Assembly (NCBI GenBank): GCA_937892135.1
Contig: CALAUK010000160.1
Coordinates: 1-41,674 of the forward strand
Direction: 5' to 3'
Length of the DNA: 41,674 nucleotides
Source: an uncultured Clostridia bacterium
GTDB lineage: Bacteria > Bacillota > Clostridia > UBA1381 > UMGS1253
The notes beneath the pieces were generated by a model, which made no database searches, was not told the origin of the DNA, and worked only from the letters and a program-made list of their open reading frames with translations. The translations under genes were made by a program, and so were the position numbers. Below are positions 36,592 through 41,674 of this stretch, one piece after another. Within the stretch, counting starts at the first letter, position 1, and every line of letters begins with the position of its first letter.

Positions 36592-36646
36592 GCGGTCTTT
36601 TGTAAGTCTTTTGCGAAAAGACGCAAAATGGCCGCTTATTTTTTAT
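36592..36646 (+). terminator. compound hairpin plus U-tract between rpsB and tsf (attenuator or partial terminator)
   Basis: Inner perfect 7-bp stem GTCTTTT-GCG-AAAAGAC (36606-36622) nested in an outer imperfect stem GCGGTC../..GGCCGC (36592-36635), followed by TTATTTTTT. Confidence 0.6.
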
Positions 36647-36679
36647 ATGATACTTATACCAAGAAAGGATGTTATATAA

Positions 36680-37561
36680 ATGTTTACAGCAAAAGACGTA
36701 AAAGATTTAAGAGAAAAAACCGGTTGCGGTATGATGGATTGTAAGAAAGCTTTAACAGAGACAAACGGTGATATGGAAGCTGCTATGGACTTTTTAAGAG
36801 AAAAGGGTCTAGCTGCAGCAACTAAAAAGGCAGGCAGAATTGCAGCTGAGGGTATCGTTTCTTCTTATGTTTCTGATGACCACAAGGTTGGTGCTATTAT
36901 AGAGGTTAACTCTGAGACAGACTTCGTTGCAAAGAATGCAGAGTTTAAGACTTTCGTTGCGGACTTGGCTAAGCTTGTTGCAGACTCAAATCCCGCTGAT
37001 GTTGATGCACTTATGGGTCTTAAGTATCCTGAGAGCGAGATGACAGTTGAAGAAATGCTTCGTGAGAAGATTCTTACAATCGGCGAGAACATGAAGATCA
37101 GAAGATTTGCTAGATATGAAGGCACAGTTGTTTGCTACATTCACGGCGAAGGCAGAATCGGTGTTATGGTTAACATCGAGGGCGCTGATTTCGATGCAGC
37201 AAAAGACGCTGCTATGCAGATTGCAGCTATCAATCCTCTTTACCTTTCAAAAGATGTTGTTCCTGCAGAGGACGTTGAAAAGGAAAAAGGCTTTATTATC
37301 GCTCAGATTAAGGAAGATCCCAAGAACGCTTCCAAGCCCGACAATATCATCGAGAAGATGGTTGGCGGTAAGATTTCAAAGTTCTTTGAGCAGAACTGCT
37401 TACTTCAGCAGGCATTCGTTAAAGACGACAGCATGAGCGTTGAAAGCTATCTATCTTCCAAGGGCGTTAAGCTTAATAGCTTCGTTCGTTTTGAAAAGGG
37501 CGAGGGCCTTGAGAAGAAAGAAGAAAACTTCGCTGATGAAGTTGCAAGCATGATTAAATAA
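36680..37561 (+). CDS. tsf: translation elongation factor Ts
   Basis: LREKTGCGMMDCKKAL UBA-like N-terminus and the EVNSETDFVAKN motif. Confidence 0.98.
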   Translation: MFTAKDVKDLREKTGCGMMDCKKALTETNGDMEAAMDFLREKGLAAATKKAGRIAAEGIVSSYVSDDHKVGAIIEVNSETDFVAKNAEFKTFVADLAKLVADSNPADVDALMGLKYPESEMTVEEMLREKILTIGENMKIRRFARYEGTVVCYIHGEGRIGVMVNIEGADFDAAKDAAMQIAAINPLYLSKDVVPAEDVEKEKGFIIAQIKEDPKNASKPDNIIEKMVGGKISKFFEQNCLLQQAFVKDDSMSVESYLSSKGVKLNSFVRFEKGEGLEKKEENFADEVASMIK

Positions 37562-37615
37562 TCATTGTAAATAATTCGGAAATATTTTTGTTTCCTTTGT
37601 ATTTACACTAAAAGA

Positions 37616-37642
37616 GGGAACACGGTTTGTGTTCCCTTTTTT
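37616..37642 (+). terminator. intrinsic terminator after tsf
   Basis: GGGAACAC-GGTTT-GTGTTCCC followed by TTTTTT. Confidence 0.85.
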
Positions 37643-37674
37643 GAAAAACTGATAAAAGAGAGGCGGAAACGGGT

Positions 37675-38382
37675 ATGAATGCAAAGTACAAAAGAGTTTT
37701 ACTTAAATTGAGCGGCGAGGCACTTGCGGGCGAAAAGAAAACAGGCCTTTGTGACAGTGTGCTTGAAGAAATCGCTCTTGAAATAAAAAAATGCGCAGAG
37801 ATGGGAATTCAGATTGCCATTGTTGTAGGCGGCGGAAACTTCTGGCGTGGCAGAACAAGCGAAAAGATGGACAGGTCAAGAGCGGACCATATGGGTATGC
37901 TGGCAACTGTTATTAACTCTTTGGGAATTGCAGACGCCTTGGAAAATGTCGGACTTGAGGCTGTTGTGCAGACAAGCGTTGATATGGGCCCGATAGCTGA
38001 GGGCTTTGTTAAAAACAAGGCAGTTCGTTATCTTGAAGAGGGCAAAATAGTTATCTTCGGCGGAGGAACAGGAAATCCTTTCTTCTCAACAGATACAACA
38101 GCGGCGCTTCGTGCGGCTGAGATAGATGCAGATGTTATTCTTCTTGCTAAAAAGGTTGACGGAGTTTATGATTCAGACCCGAATCTTAATCCCGATGCAG
38201 TTAAGTTTGACGCTTTAAGCTATATGGAGGTTTTAAACAGAGGCTTAGGCGTTATGGATACTACCGCAACTTCTCTTTGCATGGATAACGACATACTTAT
38301 TCACGTTTTCGGCCTTGATGAGCCTAAAAATATTGTTAAGGCGGCTTGCGGTGAAAAGATAGGAACAATCGTAAGCAAATAA
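37675..38382 (+). CDS. pyrH: UMP kinase
   Basis: [22 protein letters not shown] and [11 protein letters not shown] motifs. Confidence 0.97.
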   Translation: MNAKYKRVLLKLSGEALAGEKKTGLCDSVLEEIALEIKKCAEMGIQIAIVVGGGNFWRGRTSEKMDRSRADHMGMLATVINSLGIADALENVGLEAVVQTSVDMGPIAEGFVKNKAVRYLEEGKIVIFGGGTGNPFFSTDTTAALRAAEIDADVILLAKKVDGVYDSDPNLNPDAVKFDALSYMEVLNRGLGVMDTTATSLCMDNDILIHVFGLDEPKNIVKAACGEKIGTIVSK

Positions 38383-38398
38383 TAAAAATTCATTTAAA

Positions 38399-38432
38399 AT
38401 CAGCTTTCTTTATCGGGAAGCTGATTTTTTTG
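38399..38432 (+). terminator. intrinsic terminator after pyrH
   Basis: ATCAGCTT / AAGCTGAT stem with an 11-nt loop, followed by TTTTTTT. Confidence 0.75.
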
Positions 38433-38462
38433 TAAAAAAAATAAAAAAATTTAAAAAAAGTA

Positions 38463-38491
38463 GTGCAAAATTTTAAGATATATGGTAAAAT
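38463..38491 (+). promoter_or_regulatory. candidate promoter of frr
   Basis: GTGCAA, 17 nt, then TAAAAT with an extended TG. Confidence 0.4.
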
Positions 38492-38529
38492 ATATTTGTA
38501 AATATTTTTTAGCATAAGGAGGATTTATT

Positions 38530-39084
38530 ATGGCAGGCAATTATCCTGAAATTTCAAACAAAATGGACAAAACAATAAATGTATACAGTGAGGAGCTTAA
38601 GACAATTCGTGCAGGTCGTGCAAACCCTGCGATACTTGATAAAGTAACAGTTGATTATTACGGAACACCAACACCTATTCCGCAGGTTGGTTCAGTGTCT
38701 GTTCCGGAGCCCAGAACTCTTCTTATTCAGCCTTGGGACAAGAGTATTTTAAAGGACATTGAAAAGGCAATTCAGAAAGCTGAGCTTGGAATTAATCCTA
38801 ATAACGACGGAAATTCAATCCGCCTTTCTTTCCCGCCTCTTACTGAGGAGAGAAGAAAAGAGCTTGTTCGCGACATTAAGAAGATGGGCGAGGATTCAAA
38901 GGTTGCAATCCGCTCTATAAGACGTGACAGCTTGGATTCATATAAAAATGCAAAGAAGAACGGCGAGATTACTGAAGATGATTTAAAGGGTATTGAAAAG
39001 GATATTCAGACGCTTACAGATAAGTACATTAAAGAAATAGATGATATGACAGAGAAGAAAGAAAAGGAAATTATGTCTGTTTAA
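38530..39084 (+). CDS. frr: ribosome recycling factor
   Basis: LKTIRAGRANPAILD and the typical 184-aa RRF layout. AAGGAGG SD. Confidence 0.97.
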   Translation: MAGNYPEISNKMDKTINVYSEELKTIRAGRANPAILDKVTVDYYGTPTPIPQVGSVSVPEPRTLLIQPWDKSILKDIEKAIQKAELGINPNNDGNSIRLSFPPLTEERRKELVRDIKKMGEDSKVAIRSIRRDSLDSYKNAKKNGEITEDDLKGIEKDIQTLTDKYIKEIDDMTEKKEKEIMSV

Positions 39085-39091
39085 GTCAAAA

Positions 39092-39124
39092 AAGGTCGGG
39101 CGGGGTAGTAAACCCGCCCGCCTT
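39092..39124. other. GC-rich 12-bp hairpin between frr and uppS; its U-tract is only on the minus-strand side
   Basis: AAGG(T)CGGGCGGG-GTAGTAAA-CCCGCCCGCCTT. The plus strand has A6 before it and no T run after. Read on the minus strand it is followed by TTTTTT. Confidence 0.6.
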
Positions 39125-39153
39125 GTAGTATTAAAAAGTGCGGAGGTTTTTAA

Positions 39154-39894
39154 GTGAGGCTTTTTAAGAAAAGAAAAAAAGAACCGATTAAAAAAGAACT
39201 TTTGCCAAAGCATGTTGCCATTATTATGGACGGAAACGGCAGATGGGCAAAAAAGCACGGAGTTCCGAGAAAGATGGGGCATAAGGCGGGCGCTGATGCG
39301 CTTAGAAATGTGAGCCGTTTTGCAGGCAGAATGGGAATAGAATATATTACTGTGTATGCATTTTCAACAGAGAACTGGAAAAGAAGCAGCCAGGAGGTAA
39401 AAGACCTCATGGAGCTTTTGCTAAATTATCTAAAAAATGCTGAAAAGGAGCTTGCGGGAGACGAGGTAAGAATAAGGGTCATAGGAGATAAATCCAAGTT
39501 TTCAGATGAGCTTCAAAAAGAAATGGCAAGAGTTGAAAAGGTTACGGAAAATAACAAAGCGTGTACGGTAAATATTGCATTAAATTACGGTAGCCGCGAT
39601 GAGATTGTGGGCGCTGTAAAGAAAATCGCCGAAAAGGTTAAAAACGGCGAGGTCGATATAGAAAATATAGATGATAAGCTGGTGTCTGATAATTTATATA
39701 CATACTATATGCCTGACCCTGATTTAGTGATAAGAAGCAGCGGCGAAGAAAGGCTTAGTAATTTTTTAATGTGGCAATCGGCATACAGCGAGCTTTATTT
39801 TACAGATACCTTATGGCCTGATTTTGATGAAGATGAGTTTACGAAAGCAATAGAGGCGTATATATCAAGAAACAGGCGTTTTGGTGGAAGATAG
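39154..39894 (+). CDS. uppS: undecaprenyl (isoprenyl) diphosphate synthase
   Basis: HVAIIMDGNGRWA, FSTENWKR and RSSGEERLSNFLMWQ motifs. GTG start with GGAGG 7 nt upstream. Confidence 0.96.
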   Translation: MRLFKKRKKEPIKKELLPKHVAIIMDGNGRWAKKHGVPRKMGHKAGADALRNVSRFAGRMGIEYITVYAFSTENWKRSSQEVKDLMELLLNYLKNAEKELAGDEVRIRVIGDKSKFSDELQKEMARVEKVTENNKACTVNIALNYGSRDEIVGAVKKIAEKVKNGEVDIENIDDKLVSDNLYTYYMPDPDLVIRSSGEERLSNFLMWQSAYSELYFTDTLWPDFDEDEFTKAIEAYISRNRRFGGR

Positions 39895-39904
39895 GAGGCA
39901 AATT

Positions 39905-40732
39905 ATGCTAAAAAACACACTTATAAGAACTGCCTCGGCGGCGGTTGCACTTGTAATTCTTGTTTTTGTTTTACTTGCGGATATTCCTATGTTCAGAATT
40001 ATTGTAACACTTTTGTCGCTTGCTATGGTGGGAGAGGTAGTATATGCTTTTGGCGGCGGTATATGGGGAATATTTGCAGGTGTAATATCGGCAGAAATTT
40101 TGTATATAGCTATGCTTGAAAAAAGCTTTGAAGGCTTGATGGGAGCGGTGTTTTTATGCATGGCTCTGTTTGCGGTTTTTACGCTTATAAACCATAAAAG
40201 ACTTGATTTTAAGCATATGGCGGCTATGTGCTTTGCGACTTTATATATCACCTTTTCAATGAATCATGTGATTTTATTAAGAGAGATACAGGGAGCAGGC
40301 CTTAACTATTTGTTTGTTGCCTTTATAAGTGCATGGGTTAGTGACACAGGAGCATATTTTGCAGGCTGTCTTTTAGGAAAGCACAAGCTTATCCCTGATA
40401 TCAGCCCGAAGAAAACAGTTGAGGGTGCGATAGGCGGAATTTTATCTGCTGCTTTGGGCGGCGTTGTTTTAGGCCTTGTTTTAAAGTTTGGTTTTAAGAC
40501 AAATAGTAACATATTAATGTTGGCAATAGTTTGTGGTCTTGGCTCTGTTTTCGGGCAGATGGGAGACCTTATTGCATCTATGATGAAAAGAAAGTTTGGC
40601 ATAAAGGATTTCGGAAATATTATGCCGGGTCACGGCGGCCTTGCAGACAGGTTTGACAGCGTTTTGCTTGTGGCACCTTATGTTTACTATGCAATAATTC
40701 TTCTGTCTGGATTTGGTATTACGTTAATTTGA
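39905..40732 (+). CDS. cdsA: phosphatidate cytidylyltransferase
   Basis: CdsA signature SDTGAYFAG..KRKFGIKDFGNIMPGHGGLADRFDS. ATG 39905 is preceded by AGGAGG. Confidence 0.95.
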   Translation: MLKNTLIRTASAAVALVILVFVLLADIPMFRIIVTLLSLAMVGEVVYAFGGGIWGIFAGVISAEILYIAMLEKSFEGLMGAVFLCMALFAVFTLINHKRLDFKHMAAMCFATLYITFSMNHVILLREIQGAGLNYLFVAFISAWVSDTGAYFAGCLLGKHKLIPDISPKKTVEGAIGGILSAALGGVVLGLVLKFGFKTNSNILMLAIVCGLGSVFGQMGDLIASMMKRKFGIKDFGNIMPGHGGLADRFDSVLLVAPYVYYAIILLSGFGITLI

Positions 40733-40746
40733 AAGGCGGAAAACAG

Positions 40747-41674
40747 ATGAAAAATATTTGTGTTTTAGGTTCAACGGGTTCTATTGGAACTCAGACTCTT
40801 GATATTGCAGATAAAAGCCCCGATATAAATGTGTTGGGGCTTTCAACACATAAAAATGCAAAGCTTCTTGAAGAGCAGGCAAGAAAATTTAAGCCAAAGG
40901 CTGTTTGTGCGGCGGATGAAAATGCCGCAAAGGATTTAAAGCTTGCTTTAAAAGATACCGATATAAAGGTTTTGTCGGGCAAAGAGGGAATGTGTGAGAT
41001 AGCCACAATTAACGAGGCGGAGTGCGTTGTTACTGCCGTTATGGGAATTGCAGGGCTTGCGCCAACGGAGGCGGCTATTAAAGAGAAGAAAAACATAGCT
41101 CTTGCAAACAAGGAAACTCTTGTTGCCGCAGGTGAGTTTATAGTAAATCTCGCAAAAGAGAACAACATTAAGATTTTGCCTGTTGACAGCGAGCACAGTG
41201 CAGTTTTTCAGTCGCTTCAGGGAAATCCCAAAAAAGAACAGATAAAAAGCATTATTTTAACTGCATCGGGCGGACCGTTCAGAAGAAAAAAGAGAGAAGA
41301 GCTTGAAAATGTGACGGTTGAGGAAGCTCTTCGCCACCCAAACTGGAGCATGGGCAAAAAAATTACCATCGACTCTGCTACTTTAGTAAATAAGGGGCTT
41401 GAAATTATTGAGGCGCGCTGGCTTTTTGATGTTAAATCAGAAGAGATTGAGGTTGTTATTCATCCCGAAAGCATTGTTCATTCTATGGTAAGATTTAATG
41501 ACGGCGCAATTATTGCCCAGCTTGGTCTGCCTGATATGAGAGTGCCGATAGCATACGCTATAAATTATCCTGACCGCGAAAGCTATGTTTATGAAAAGCT
41601 TGACTTTTCAAAATGCTCATCACTTACATTTTACGAGCCAGATACAGAGACTTTCAAGGCTCTTAAACTGGCAA
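40747..41674 (+). CDS. dxr: 1-deoxy-D-xylulose-5-phosphate reductoisomerase, N-terminal ~309 codons (runs off the right edge)
   Basis: Frame-1 translation from ATG 40747 reads MKNICVLGSTGSIGTQTLD..LANKETLV..DSEHSA..NWSMGKKITIDSAT. It is absent from the ORF track because there is no stop codon in the window. Confidence 0.95.
   Translation, partial: MKNICVLGSTGSIGTQTLDIADKSPDINVLGLSTHKNAKLLEEQARKFKPKAVCAADENAAKDLKLALKDTDIKVLSGKEGMCEIATINEAECVVTAVMGIAGLAPTEAAIKEKKNIALANKETLVAAGEFIVNLAKENNIKILPVDSEHSAVFQSLQGNPKKEQIKSIILTASGGPFRRKKREELENVTVEEALRHPNWSMGKKITIDSATLVNKGLEIIEARWLFDVKSEEIEVVIHPESIVHSMVRFNDGAIIAQLGLPDMRVPIAYAINYPDRESYVYEKLDFSKCSSLTFYEPDTETFKALKLA

Overview
AT-rich, densely packed chromosomal core segment with Firmicutes/Clostridia-type gene content and synteny. 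I call 40 protein-coding genes (two are partial, at the window edges) and one tRNA-Arg(ACG). Recognisable blocks, in order: gap (5' end only) | Asn-rich small ORF | recA with a LexA/DinR box and a short cinA/pncC-like gene | SAM methyltransferase | ecfA1-ecfA2-ecfT-truA | membrane-anchored unknown protein plus CvpA-like protein | rho | cysteine desulfurase-thiI | trkH-trkA | metF, MetH activation domain and metH (split methionine synthase) | EF-G paralog | orphan sugar-ABC ATPase | tRNA-Arg | LOG protein plus orphan lipoprotein | nifS-nifU | CofE-like ligase | comEC-holA | SDR | mnmA | azlCD | CPBP protease | rpsB-tsf-pyrH-frr-uppS-cdsA-dxr. Many intergenic regions carry near-consensus sigma-A promoters (TTGAxx-17 nt-TAxAAT, often with an extended TG) and clean intrinsic terminators. 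I found no CRISPR array, IS or transposase, integrase, prophage genes, or recognisable defence, toxin or secretion cluster. This is mostly an ordinary housekeeping region, and I do not see a convincing novel multi-gene system. The unexplained material is concentrated in the first ~900 nt. It comprises a compositionally odd left edge, an ORF ending in a 48-codon tract that is 60% Asn, and a 280-bp element bounded by ~40-bp inverted repeats that fills the gap up to recA. Secondary curiosities are an EF-G paralog with altered GTPase motifs, a CofE-like ligase with an inserted domain, an IscU with a Cys-rich tail, a structured rpsB leader, and a GC-rich reverse-oriented hairpin between frr and uppS. 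All protein calls rest on recognising motifs in the supplied translations. No database search was run.
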